A stretch of DNA of 64,000 bases from a virus (Duplodnaviria; Caudoviricetes): IMG/VR virus record IMGVR_UViG_3300037067_017580, positions 1 through 64,000 of that record. The stretch is one strand, 5' to 3'. Positions 42,954-51,960 of this stretch are shown here, piece after piece. Under the pieces are notes generated by a model, which was given only the letters and a program-made list of their open reading frames with translations, ran no database searches and was not told the DNA's origin. The translations under genes and the position numbers were made by a program. Position 1 is the stretch's first letter, and every line of letters starts with the position of its first letter.

Positions 42954-43210
42954 TATTTATCTCCTTTAAAAAAATTGACAATAGATTGCCAAATTCCGGT
43001 TTTGCTATTGCTTTTAGAAATATCCCTGTCTACTTTTCCATCCAGCATAAGTTCTTCAAGATATTTTGATGCTTCTTTTTTAGAAATTTTATACATGTCT
43101 TCTAAATACTTAGCGGCAAGTTCATGGCTATCAAACTTAGTTCCGTTAATATACCACACAATTTCTTCCCCAATTTCACAATAATCATTTTTGTTTTTAT
43201 AGTTTTTCAT
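42953..43210 (-). CDS. Hypothetical protein
   Basis: Operon packing. Confidence 0.6.
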   Translation of the reverse strand: MKNYKNKNDYCEIGEEIVWYINGTKFDSHELAAKYLEDMYKISKKEASKYLEELMLDGKVDRDISKSNSKTGIWQSIVNFFKGDK

Positions 43211-43503
43211 TAGTTTTTCCTTGCCTTTTTGTTTAAAATAACCGCATTATCGTAGTGTTTTTTGTCTCTTGTGTTAAGATATAAAGAATATTCCATAAAA
43301 CAATCTTTAGATACTGTTTCTAATTTTGAATTTATTTTTCCTGTTCTGAATGCAGCTTCTCTTGGATTATAAAGTTTTAAAGACTCAAAAAGACAAAAAT
43401 AAAATTCTTTATCATTATTCTTAACATAAGCAGAACAAGCAAAATCTTTTCTGTCTGTTATCTTCCCTTGAGAATCATAATAAATTTCTACTTTTTTATC
43501 CAT
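43210..43503 (-). CDS. Hypothetical protein
   Basis: AAGGAG RBS. Confidence 0.7.
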   Translation of the reverse strand: MDKKVEIYYDSQGKITDRKDFACSAYVKNNDKEFYFCLFESLKLYNPREAAFRTGKINSKLETVSKDCFMEYSLYLNTRDKKHYDNAVILNKKARKN

Positions 43504-43513
43504 TTTTTACTCC

Positions 43514-43771
43514 TTATTTATATAGACAAATTTCATAAACTTCTTTTTGAACATCGTCTTCTAATTCTAAAATAATTTGATCTAAATTACCTACTATACC
43601 ATCTGCTACTCCTAAAAATGGCTTATCATAAATTATAACTGACAAAGACTTGTCTCCACAAAAGGGACATTTAATTATTATGTCTCTTTTAAACGGCTCC
43701 TCTTGTTTTTTAACATAGAGAATTGCAAGTTCTTTTCCACATCCGGCACATTTGATTATTGTTTTTTCCAT
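43514..43771 (-). CDS. Zn-ribbon protein
   Basis: CAGCG...CPFCG. Confidence 0.7.
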   Translation of the reverse strand: MEKTIIKCAGCGKELAILYVKKQEEPFKRDIIIKCPFCGDKSLSVIIYDKPFLGVADGIVGNLDQIILELEDDVQKEVYEICLYK

Positions 43772-43772
43772 T

Positions 43773-44012
43773 TCACCAGTTTGCCTTTTTATCATTTGAA
43801 AACATTCCGCAATTACTAATTTTGCACACAATAATACCTGTTACAGCAAGAAAAACTACTAATGTTGAAAAATATGGGATAAAAGAAACTACAATTAAAC
43901 AATTTCTGTCTCCTATTGTCCATTCGGTCTGACCACAAACACATTTATTACTAATTTTTGTTAATATATAGCAACTCGGAATTGACAATAGATAAATAAT
44001 TAAAAATATCAT
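43773..44012 (-). CDS. Small membrane protein
   Basis: Two hydrophobic segments; AGGAG RBS. Confidence 0.65.
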   Translation of the reverse strand: MIFLIIYLLSIPSCYILTKISNKCVCGQTEWTIGDRNCLIVVSFIPYFSTLVVFLAVTGIIVCKISNCGMFSNDKKANW

Positions 44013-44020
44013 ATTTTCTC

Positions 44021-44926
44021 CTAAATTTTCTCATTAATAACAATTGCCCCACCAAGAGAAACAACCCTATCTGTAAAAACTTGTTCTTTATCGGTATTAA
44101 ACATTGAGCCTTTCCAAATTCCATATTTAGCATCAATATTATCCGCAAAATGGAGCAACTGCGCAGTAAAGATAGCTGGAACTACAGGAGAACCCCAATC
44201 TTTTTGCCCGTGATGTGATAAAATGCAATGTTTAAGCATAAGAACATCTTTTGGTGTTAAGTCATATTTATTTCTACAAATATAATTTTCAACAGTTTCA
44301 GCCCCAATATAAAGATGTTCCAAGGATATCCCAAGTAGTGTATTAGATATTGTCCCATCTTTTTCAAATGAATATACTTTAATTTTACCAATATCATGTA
44401 AAACAGCCGCCGCAAAGAGTAATTCTACATCAATATTATCAGAATAAAGTTCAGAAAACTTTTCACATGTCTTTAAAACATAGTAGGTGTGACAAAGCAA
44501 GCCACCCCTAAAATCATGGTGAACTGCTTTCGCTCCCGGAGATTCTAAAAATCCAACCTCATTGTCTTTTATAATATCAAAAACTAGCTTAGAAAAACGC
44601 CCCATTTTGCCAATCATGTGTTTAATATATGAATAACATTCTTGTTTATCAAACTTAATTGCTGTGGCGGTTTGCAAATGAGAAAATTCTTTTGATTGCT
44701 TTTCTGATAAAACTTCATAGTCTTTAACAATTAATTGTGTTTTACCATTGTATGATTCTTCATTAAATTGTATGGCGCTAATAATATCATTCTCTTTTAG
44801 TTCAGCAACGATGTCCCAAATCTTTCCATCTTTTTTAGAACCATCCTCAACGTTGGCAATAAAAGAATAATATTGCTTTCCAGATTTTGTTTTTGCTTTT
44901 TTAAGAGATTTAACGCAAATAATCAT
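44021..44926 (-). CDS. yhaM: OB-fold plus HD-domain 3'-5' exonuclease (YhaM/Cbf1-like)
   Basis: N-terminal OB (GKIWD, YNG..QL); PGA..VHH...GGLLCH; LHDIGK; HCILSHHG..WGSPV.P; LHFAD. Confidence 0.85.
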   Translation of the reverse strand: MIICVKSLKKAKTKSGKQYYSFIANVEDGSKKDGKIWDIVAELKENDIISAIQFNEESYNGKTQLIVKDYEVLSEKQSKEFSHLQTATAIKFDKQECYSYIKHMIGKMGRFSKLVFDIIKDNEVGFLESPGAKAVHHDFRGGLLCHTYYVLKTCEKFSELYSDNIDVELLFAAAVLHDIGKIKVYSFEKDGTISNTLLGISLEHLYIGAETVENYICRNKYDLTPKDVLMLKHCILSHHGQKDWGSPVVPAIFTAQLLHFADNIDAKYGIWKGSMFNTDKEQVFTDRVVSLGGAIVINEKI

Positions 44927-45105
44927 TATTTTGCACTTTCCTGAACAAGTTTTACAATTTTATAATATTTATAACTTATGTATCCGTTTTTCATCATACT
45001 TCTTGCCTCTTTTCTGGTGACAAAAATATGGGCAAAGTTACAGTGTATCCCTGAAATCTCTCCATTTTTTTTATAAATTATTGCCCACCAGTGTTTATTT
45101 TTCAT
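44926..45105 (-). CDS. Small hypothetical protein, WA...F.TRKEAR family
   Basis: 59 aa MKNKHWWAIIYKK..IFVTRKEAR..KIVKL; missing from the track. Confidence 0.7.
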   Translation of the reverse strand: MKNKHWWAIIYKKNGEISGIHCNFAHIFVTRKEARSMMKNGYISYKYYKIVKLVQESAK

Positions 45106-45833
45106 TTTACCTCTTTTCCCTTAAGGTATTCTTTAATCTCTGTCTGCGACTTAATAATTTCTCTAGCTGATTCAAAATTTAACAAAGAAATATCGTCTAC
45201 TGGCTCTTTTTTAATCGCAACTAGAACATCTTTTAGTGTTGTTTTGTTATCAGAGATAAATTTTTCAATAATTCTTTTCTGTAGATCTGTGGTTGGTTGA
45301 CTATTTGTAACAACCTCTTCCTCTTCTGAGTCCATGACTTCTTCTGCGGCAACGATATTAAGATTAAGAGCCTTACGATAAATTCTTGCTTCTGCGCGTG
45401 TTACAGCACTAGAAACACTATATTTACCGAAGTCCCATCCAGAATTATAATATGGGCGGCAATCTGCGGCGTCTGAAAATGTTCTACGTAAATCACCCTG
45501 TAAAAATGTAATAGTCATGGTAGCAATAGCTCCAGACATTTTCCCTTCTTCAAATATCGGGCTAGTTTCTATGTGTTGATCTATAATTGTGCCAATTTTG
45601 TCTTGAGCAACACGACGCAATCCATTAATTTTTACATATTCGACACCGTTTTTCGTTGCTTTTTCATTATCATAGAACAAACACAGATCAGAAGGAGCAT
45701 CTTTTTGCTCTTCCATTGTTATCTCTTCAAATTTTACCCTTACTTCGTCATCAGACATTTTTGCAACGTCTTCTTGATTAGCCCCGTGGATTTCTGATAA
45801 CTCTTTTCTCATCGTTGACGCCCTTTTAGCCAT
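45102..45833 (-). CDS. Conserved phage protein, possible ssDNA-annealing protein
   Basis: VKINGLRRVA, AVTRAEARIYRKALNL..VAAEE; adjacent to an exonuclease; function inferred from context. Confidence 0.45.
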   Translation of the reverse strand: MAKRASTMRKELSEIHGANQEDVAKMSDDEVRVKFEEITMEEQKDAPSDLCLFYDNEKATKNGVEYVKINGLRRVAQDKIGTIIDQHIETSPIFEEGKMSGAIATMTITFLQGDLRRTFSDAADCRPYYNSGWDFGKYSVSSAVTRAEARIYRKALNLNIVAAEEVMDSEEEEVVTNSQPTTDLQKRIIEKFISDNKTTLKDVLVAIKKEPVDDISLLNFESAREIIKSQTEIKEYLKGKEVK

Positions 45834-45890
45834 TTTTTATTGCCCTTTTTACAAACCCTAAACAATGTCTTGCCGCAACTTGATATACTT

Positions 45891-45918
45891 ATTATATATT
45901 AAAAATCCAATTTGTCAA
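45891..45918 (-). promoter_or_regulatory. Sigma70-type promoter, 16-bp spacer
   Basis: Minus strand TTGACA-N16-TATAAT, intergenic. Confidence 0.8.
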
Positions 45919-45926
45919 GATAAAAA

Positions 45927-46325
45927 TCAACATTTTTCAAAAATTTTTGCTACTTCTTCTATTTTTGTTGTGGGAGCGAGAGTTATAACCTCTTGAAAAC
46001 TATCCCTATTCGGTTCTATTGTATCAACGATAAGAATTTTTTTATGGGCTAACCCTTCTCTGGCGGCATCACAAGAAGAAGAGCAAGAAGAAAAAGAAAC
46101 CGCTACAGCATTTCTATTTTTCATAGCTGTAGAAATAGAACAATTAACAAACATCGTTCTAAAAATATCACAAATTGGTTCGTCGCAGGCAATAACAACT
46201 GGATTTTTAAGTATTTTTATCAATTCATAGAGCCAAGTTGACCGCTGTGCTTTGTCTTTTTTAAAATTATCAATATAAAAAATTAGTGTTTTATATTGGT
46301 TTTCTGGTATTTTTTCTATACTCAT
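45927..46325 (-). CDS. Hypothetical protein
   Basis: ATGA-type overlap with gmd. Confidence 0.65.
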   Translation of the reverse strand: MSIEKIPENQYKTLIFYIDNFKKDKAQRSTWLYELIKILKNPVVIACDEPICDIFRTMFVNCSISTAMKNRNAVAVSFSSCSSSCDAAREGLAHKKILIVDTIEPNRDSFQEVITLAPTTKIEEVAKIFEKC

Positions 46326-47311
46326 TTATTTTCCAAATCATAATTTACCATTGTTCTTGCCAACTTTTCAACATCAAAAAAGCTTGTCCAGCCTAACTTA
46401 GTCCTAATTTTAGAAGAATCTCCACAAAGATACGTTAAATCATTTGGCCGCATAAACGTTTCCGTATTATGACGAATATGCCTATTAAAACAAAAATAAT
46501 TTTGTCTAAGTTTTTCATTTCCATATTTAAAACAAAGATCTATAAATTCTTTTCCGGTTGTAGATTTTTCTGTTGAAACAACATAATCTTCAAGAATATC
46601 TGATTCTCCAACTAAAATTAAAGCGTTTGCATAATCTCCAGCATAGCCCCAGTCTCTTACAAAATTAAGATTTCCAAGCTCTATAAACTCTTTATTACCT
46701 TGAATGATATCCCTCATTCCAAGAGTAATTTTACGAGTAAAAAAGTTTTCTCCACGCTTTTCCGATTCATAATTAAACATAATAACAGAAGCCGCATTCA
46801 TTCCATAGGAATCTCTATATACACGAACAGCATTATGCCCAACGGTTTTTGCTAACCCATATGGACTACGAGGAAGAAGTTGGGAATTCTCATTGATTTT
46901 GCCACCATCAATATATCCAAACATCTCCGAACTAGAACATTGAACAAATTTACAGTCTTTTTTGTGCTTTCTTATTGCTTCAAGACAGTTTACTACTCCA
47001 ACTCCAGTGACGTTAATTGTCGAAACAGGAGTGACCCATGATTCTTGAACATATGACATAGCTGCACAATTAAAAAACACATCTGGGCTATATTTTTTTA
47101 CAACTTCTTCAATAGATGTTACGTCGCAAAGATCAAATGTCTCAAAAATAAAATTCTTATTCTCAAAAAAATGTTTTCTATCTTTAAGTTTTTCACTAAT
47201 ATTTGTGGTGTGACGGCACAGACCAATAACTTTATAATCTTTATCAAGAAGTTTATTTACCAAAAAGTATGCCATTTGTCCAGTAAGACCAGTAACTATC
47301 GCTGTTTTCAA
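46322..47311 (-). CDS. gmd: GDP-mannose 4,6-dehydratase
   Basis: TGLTGQ, AAMSYV..SW, SSSEMFG, PRSPYGLAK, FNYES..RGE.F.TRKI, LGNL...RDWGYAGDY. Confidence 0.92.
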   Translation of the reverse strand: MKTAIVTGLTGQMAYFLVNKLLDKDYKVIGLCRHTTNISEKLKDRKHFFENKNFIFETFDLCDVTSIEEVVKKYSPDVFFNCAAMSYVQESWVTPVSTINVTGVGVVNCLEAIRKHKKDCKFVQCSSSEMFGYIDGGKINENSQLLPRSPYGLAKTVGHNAVRVYRDSYGMNAASVIMFNYESEKRGENFFTRKITLGMRDIIQGNKEFIELGNLNFVRDWGYAGDYANALILVGESDILEDYVVSTEKSTTGKEFIDLCFKYGNEKLRQNYFCFNRHIRHNTETFMRPNDLTYLCGDSSKIRTKLGWTSFFDVEKLARTMVNYDLENK

Positions 47312-48010
47312 TTATTTTCTCCTTAAACTTTCTAACATCTTATAATTATTTTGAACATCTTTATGTTTAGGCCCAGAAGTAGAGGTCTCTGGATGATTAA
47401 AATGCCAGAGTGGGCCAGAAATTCTTTCAATCTGATATCCATTTTGTTTCGCCCTTAAAACTCTTTCATTATCTTCAAATCCCCAGCCTCTAAATTCTTC
47501 GTTCTCTAATCCTATCTTTTCATATCTTGTGCGGTCAAAAACAAAGCAACCACCAACAGAATCACTTATTGCGCAAGTATAGAATAAACTATTAAAATCT
47601 CCATTTTTTATCGCTGCTTCGTCAAAAATATCTACATTTTGAAATCTTCCATCATATGGAAAACAAAACATACAATCTTCGTTATCTCCTATTTTTTTAA
47701 CAGCCTGATTATAGCCGAAAGGAAAAGTTAAAACATCTACGTCTTGGTTGACAATAATATCTGTTTCTGCCATTTTTGTCATCAGATTAAGAATTTTAGT
47801 TCTATGAAAACAATCTTCCATTGGTTCAAATATATATCTAGCGCCGATTTGTTCTACTGTATCTTTATTTTGTGATTCTTTGTCGTGTTCACACACAATT
47901 ATGTTAGAGCAAATATTTTTAAATATAAAATCTGTAACATGTACTAAATTTCTTAATCTTTCTTCGCAGTCTTTTCTAAATGGAATAATAAAAGTAGCAT
48001 TATTGATCAT
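47312..48010 (-). CDS. GT-A fold galactosyltransferase-like protein (GT7 C-terminal/GT2)
   Basis: IIPFR...RLRNL, QDVDVL, VGGCFVF, NEEFRGWGFEDNE. Confidence 0.82.
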   Translation of the reverse strand: MINNATFIIPFRKDCEERLRNLVHVTDFIFKNICSNIIVCEHDKESQNKDTVEQIGARYIFEPMEDCFHRTKILNLMTKMAETDIIVNQDVDVLTFPFGYNQAVKKIGDNEDCMFCFPYDGRFQNVDIFDEAAIKNGDFNSLFYTCAISDSVGGCFVFDRTRYEKIGLENEEFRGWGFEDNERVLRAKQNGYQIERISGPLWHFNHPETSTSGPKHKDVQNNYKMLESLRRK

Positions 48011-48012
48011 CG

Positions 48013-48279
48013 TTAAACACCATATACCGGAACATTTTGATTTTTCCCACAACGATCTTTAATTCTTCTAGTGCCAAGAAACTTAGCTCCAATTTTCTCT
48101 AAGTTTAACCTAACCCATTCACGAGACATTCCAGTTTCGTCAGATAATTCTTTTATAGAAAGACCATTTTTAATATTGCTTTTTTCTGCTAATTCTCTAA
48201 AAATTCCTTTGATATCTATGCTTAAACCTTCTCTACTTTTGCTTTTTGTACCCCGATACGTTCTATTTGTGGAATCCAA
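48013..48279 (-). CDS. Small HTH-like DNA-binding protein (start uncertain)
   Basis: LSIKELSDETGMSREWVRLNL. Confidence 0.55.
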   Translation of the reverse strand: MDSTNRTYRGTKSKSREGLSIDIKGIFRELAEKSNIKNGLSIKELSDETGMSREWVRLNLEKIGAKFLGTRRIKDRCGKNQNVPVYGV

Positions 48280-48983
48280 GTATAGTCTCCTTTATTAACC
48301 TCAAACGACACCAAACCAAAATCAACCAATCCTGAACACTGTCTAGCCCCGAACTTAGAACCATACCCCTGAAGAGCAGGAAGAGTCATAGCAAGCCAAT
48401 CTGCATCTCCACAATGATAATAATAATGAACATGCCCACGAAGAATAACATCAGCCTTTGGGGCTTCTTTTCTTTCTGCCCATAACGAATTCCAAAGCCA
48501 TTCTTTTGCGATAGCCGTACCCTTTGTATGAGGAACGCCAGATGAAGCAATCTTGTGCTTTACATCAAAAATAACACCATCTACTTCAACCCATAAGTGT
48601 CCAGTAATTTTTGCTCCAAGTTTATCAGCAATAATTTTTTCATAGTCTTCTTCTTTTCCTGTATGATACGGAGTACCATAAACCATCATAACTTTTTTAG
48701 GGTTAATCATTTTTATCAGTTCTGTAGCCATTTCTGCTTGCTCTAGTCGATCTGTAGTAATTTGTTCTGTTCCCCCACTTTTCTCACCTTTACCATCAAT
48801 AGCATCTCCAGCAACAACAAGTAAGTCTGGATTCATATTATTTTTAATTAATTTTAAATATTTATCATATATAAATCTTTGTGTTTTCCCAATAATTGTT
48901 TTTTCAGAAATATGCCAATTTGGATGAGTAAGTCCAAGAATATTTCCACAGTGTGGATCAGAAATAAATAAAACTTTTTTCAT
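48222..48983 (-). CDS. Metallophosphoesterase-superfamily protein
   Basis: ISDPHCG, AGDAIDG, GTPYH, KH, RGHVH. Confidence 0.8.
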   Translation of the reverse strand: MKKVLFISDPHCGNILGLTHPNWHISEKTIIGKTQRFIYDKYLKLIKNNMNPDLLVVAGDAIDGKGEKSGGTEQITTDRLEQAEMATELIKMINPKKVMMVYGTPYHTGKEEDYEKIIADKLGAKITGHLWVEVDGVIFDVKHKIASSGVPHTKGTAIAKEWLWNSLWAERKEAPKADVILRGHVHYYYHCGDADWLAMTLPALQGYGSKFGARQCSGLVDFGLVSFEVNKGDYTWIPQIERIGVQKAKVEKV

Positions 48984-48986
48984 CTA

Positions 48987-49670
48987 TCAATCCTTTTTCG
49001 TAAAATTAATTGAATTTTTTGCTTTTTTAAACACTATATCTGTACTGTTTTTATTTTCTTTTCTTCTAATTTTATTTATTTTTCTATATGTATCAATAAT
49101 ATCATCTTCTTTATTTAAACAATAAAAATAAAGACCAGCTTTATGAAAAAATAACACATCATCATCTTTTATACTTTTTATCTTAGAATAAACCTTTTTG
49201 CTCTGTGTGTTCTTATCAAAATAATACAACAAAGCCCTCTTCTTTTCAAGAGAATTTTTTATATTTTCTATAGTTTTTTTAGATTTTAAATAGTGTGACG
49301 TATTAATGTATAAAAAATAATTAATACCTATTTTACCGTTACTTTTACCTTCTGGCAAGCTTATCGAAATAGGAATTTTTTTGCTGAAAAAATCACGACA
49401 AATTAAATAAAGCTTATCTTTTTGTTTAAACTCTTCTTTATCTTCTTTAAATATATCTATAACTGAAAATAATTGGACGCCTTTTTCTTTCAATTGTATG
49501 ATTTTTTCTGAAATCCACTTGATAGGTGGGACATTTTTTGGAGACTGGACTAAAACACAAATTCTTTGTGGGGAACATGACTGTTCCAGAATATTATTTA
49601 TTGATTTTTCTATGTCTGATATCGTATTATTATTTTTTGTATCTATTATCACTCCATATTCAAAAATCAT
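48987..49670 (-). CDS. Hypothetical protein
   Basis: GGAG RBS before MIFEYG. Confidence 0.6.
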   Translation of the reverse strand: MIFEYGVIIDTKNNNTISDIEKSINNILEQSCSPQRICVLVQSPKNVPPIKWISEKIIQLKEKGVQLFSVIDIFKEDKEEFKQKDKLYLICRDFFSKKIPISISLPEGKSNGKIGINYFLYINTSHYLKSKKTIENIKNSLEKKRALLYYFDKNTQSKKVYSKIKSIKDDDVLFFHKAGLYFYCLNKEDDIIDTYRKINKIRRKENKNSTDIVFKKAKNSINFTKKD

Positions 49671-49859
49671 TTCTTCTCCTTCAAGATTAAAACACCTTCC
49701 TAAATTCTGTCTTTCGACCAAGCTTTAGAAATTTTTGTGTTGGCTATCGTAGCTTCTAGCGCTCCATCATTATAACCAGACGAATATCCAAGATTAAATA
49801 TCACAATAAGATAAGTAATTATTAAAAATAATAAAAATATTTTTTCTATTTTATCTAGT

Positions 49860-50060
49860 TTATCTAGTTTCATTCCAAGCCAACTTCCCAGATACAGTTT
49901 CTGTAGTGTTCTTTTTATTATATTTTTCTATTTCTTTTTTTAAATATGCATTTTCTTTTTCTAATGAATCAATATAAGATATAAGTTCTGCCATTCTTTT
50001 ATCATATTTTATAGTTTCGCCATTTTTATTAAAAATCCATCCATCTTTTGGATCAAACAT
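49860..50060 (-). CDS. Hypothetical coiled-coil protein
   Basis: GAGG RBS before MFDPK. Confidence 0.6.
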   Translation of the reverse strand: MFDPKDGWIFNKNGETIKYDKRMAELISYIDSLEKENAYLKKEIEKYNKKNTTETVSGKLAWNETR

Positions 50061-50061
50061 A

Positions 50062-50253
50062 TTAATTCCTCGAATAAAAAGAGTTTGCAATCATATTTCC
50101 ACAGATTTTTTCATCACAAAATGTAAGCTCATTTAATCTTGCCGCTATCTCAAACAAAGCCGCACTGACAACCCCGTCTTCTGTAACTATTTCTCTAGAT
50201 AATACATATGCCGCACTAACAAGAGTTGCTGTGCTACTTCTATGTTCTATCAT
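50062..50253 (-). CDS. Hypothetical protein
   Basis: Overlap packing. Confidence 0.55.
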   Translation of the reverse strand: MIEHRSSTATLVSAAYVLSREIVTEDGVVSAALFEIAARLNELTFCDEKICGNMIANSFYSRN

Positions 50254-50681
50254 TTTTGCCCTTTAATGATAAAGCCTTTTTTATTTTCTCTCAACACTGG
50301 CTTATTAAAAGCGGCTTTCATCATATCTACACATTCTTTAATCTCTTCTAGTGTTTCTCCATATGGTGACATTGCTTCAACAGTTTGCATTTTTGGTTTC
50401 CCACTTTTATCGTAATAAACCTCTTTAATACAATAAAACTTTCCTGCGGTTGGATGATTGACCTCGACAACTCTATAATTCCATCCGTCTAGTCTATCCT
50501 CTGCCAAATCTTCGCACTTATGCTTTTTAAAACATTTTTCACAAAAATCCCAGCCACACTTCTCGCAAAAAAGAGAATCATTATATTTTATTTTTTTATT
50601 ACATTTTTTACAAATAATAATAGGCTCTTCTGAAAAGAAAATATCTTCTAATTTTTTCCCTGAAAATTTAAACTTATTCAT
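50250..50681 (-). CDS. Zn-finger plus phage WNYRV domain protein
   Basis: CKKC..CEKC..CEKC..HKC; WNYRVV..IKEVYY..PYGETLEE. Confidence 0.7.
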   Translation of the reverse strand: MNKFKFSGKKLEDIFFSEEPIIICKKCNKKIKYNDSLFCEKCGWDFCEKCFKKHKCEDLAEDRLDGWNYRVVEVNHPTAGKFYCIKEVYYDKSGKPKMQTVEAMSPYGETLEEIKECVDMMKAAFNKPVLRENKKGFIIKGQK

Positions 50682-50738
50682 ATTTTTTCTCCAAGTTTTA
50701 TAAAAGAAATATTTACAACTCCATTTGTCTTTACATAT

Positions 50739-51755
50739 TCAGAATATTCTTTTCTCATGCTTAATCAAAACCTTGTTAAACAACTCGTTCCATGCGGCAT
50801 TAGACTTCTCTATATTATACTGATTTATGATGGTTTGTCTAGCATTTTCTGATATTTTTTTATAATTTTCTTCATCGCTGTGTAAAATATTTAAAATTTC
50901 TTCAGCTTCTTCAGCCGTGCTAAACAAATAGCCGTTTTCTCCATGTTTTATAAGTTTTTCCAATGTAGGATTAGAGGTAGATAACACAGGAACGCCGCAA
51001 GACATAGCTTCTAAAACCGTTGTTGGGATAACAGACCTATGACAAGTATTAATAAAAACTTTACTTTTTGTATAGGAATCTACTAGTTCATTAACATCTT
51101 TTGCTGGTTTATATTCACCATTTGAAGAACTTCCCAAGTGCAAATATGAATATTGAGGACACTTTTGTTTTATTTCTTCATAAAGAGTGTAATTTAATTC
51201 AGAATTTCTTTCTTTATAAAAATTAGCAACAGTTAAAATATGTGTTTTAACACCATTATCTTCTCTTGGTTTAAAAAACTCATTATCAATAGCATGATTT
51301 ATAACAAAACAATTGTCTCTACCTTCGCATCTCCACTCTTTTCTTTGGTCTTCAGTAAGAAAAACCATATAATCGCTTTTTTCATATACTTTTATATTTT
51401 CCATTGTATAATTAGACCAATTTTCAGGATGATAACAATATAAAAATGTAATATGCGGCAAATTAAAAGCTTTTGCAAGTTGTCCCATAAATTGCTGTTG
51501 TGATATCGTATTAGATATAAGAATATCGACACCAGAAGAACTTTTAAACTGGTCGAATGATATTTCTATAATATTCCGTGGCCGCTTTCTGTATTCATCA
51601 TTCCATTGTTTATTTTCAGGAGACTCTTTAATATGAATAAACTGGTGTCCGGTTTTAGCAATCTCTGCTTGAATAGCTTCGTGAGTAGAAAAAGAACCAA
51701 TTCTTAACTTATCTTTGCGATTTATTGCCCGAAATAATGAAGTAAAATTATGCAT
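50739..51755 (-). CDS. GT4-like glycosyltransferase
   Basis: VINHAID...F.P; K...Y; PTTVLEAMSCGVPV; HGENGY. Confidence 0.88.
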   Translation of the reverse strand: MHNFTSLFRAINRKDKLRIGSFSTHEAIQAEIAKTGHQFIHIKESPENKQWNDEYRKRPRNIIEISFDQFKSSSGVDILISNTISQQQFMGQLAKAFNLPHITFLYCYHPENWSNYTMENIKVYEKSDYMVFLTEDQRKEWRCEGRDNCFVINHAIDNEFFKPREDNGVKTHILTVANFYKERNSELNYTLYEEIKQKCPQYSYLHLGSSSNGEYKPAKDVNELVDSYTKSKVFINTCHRSVIPTTVLEAMSCGVPVLSTSNPTLEKLIKHGENGYLFSTAEEAEEILNILHSDEENYKKISENARQTIINQYNIEKSNAAWNELFNKVLIKHEKRIF

Positions 51756-51960
51756 TAACTTCCCCTTTTATTTTAAAATAATCTTCTGCATATTGATAAA
51801 TTTCTGCTCCATATATTAAAACATAAAAAGCATTTTTTATTCTTTTTTTAATCTCAAAAAAACCACCATATGAAACTGGTTTAGCAACAAACCACGTATG
51901 GTTAATCAGTGTTTTTGTATCAATTAAGTTTTTGTCTTTTAATAATGTATCTATTAACAT
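51748..51960 (-). CDS. Hypothetical phage protein (WFVAKP..RIKNA..VL)
   Basis: Packed between the GT4 genes. Confidence 0.65.
   Translation of the reverse strand: MLIDTLLKDKNLIDTKTLINHTWFVAKPVSYGGFFEIKKRIKNAFYVLIYGAEIYQYAEDYFKIKGEVNA

Noticed and set aside
42579-43184. 201-aa + strand ORF, and other long antisense ORFs such as 29645..30271
   Set aside because: These are shadows of packed, RBS-bearing genes on the other strand, with F/I/L/S-rich composition and no motifs.
49852-49869. Tandem 9-bp repeat TATCTAGTT x2
   Set aside because: It encodes KLDKLD in a small ORF and is too short to be meaningful.
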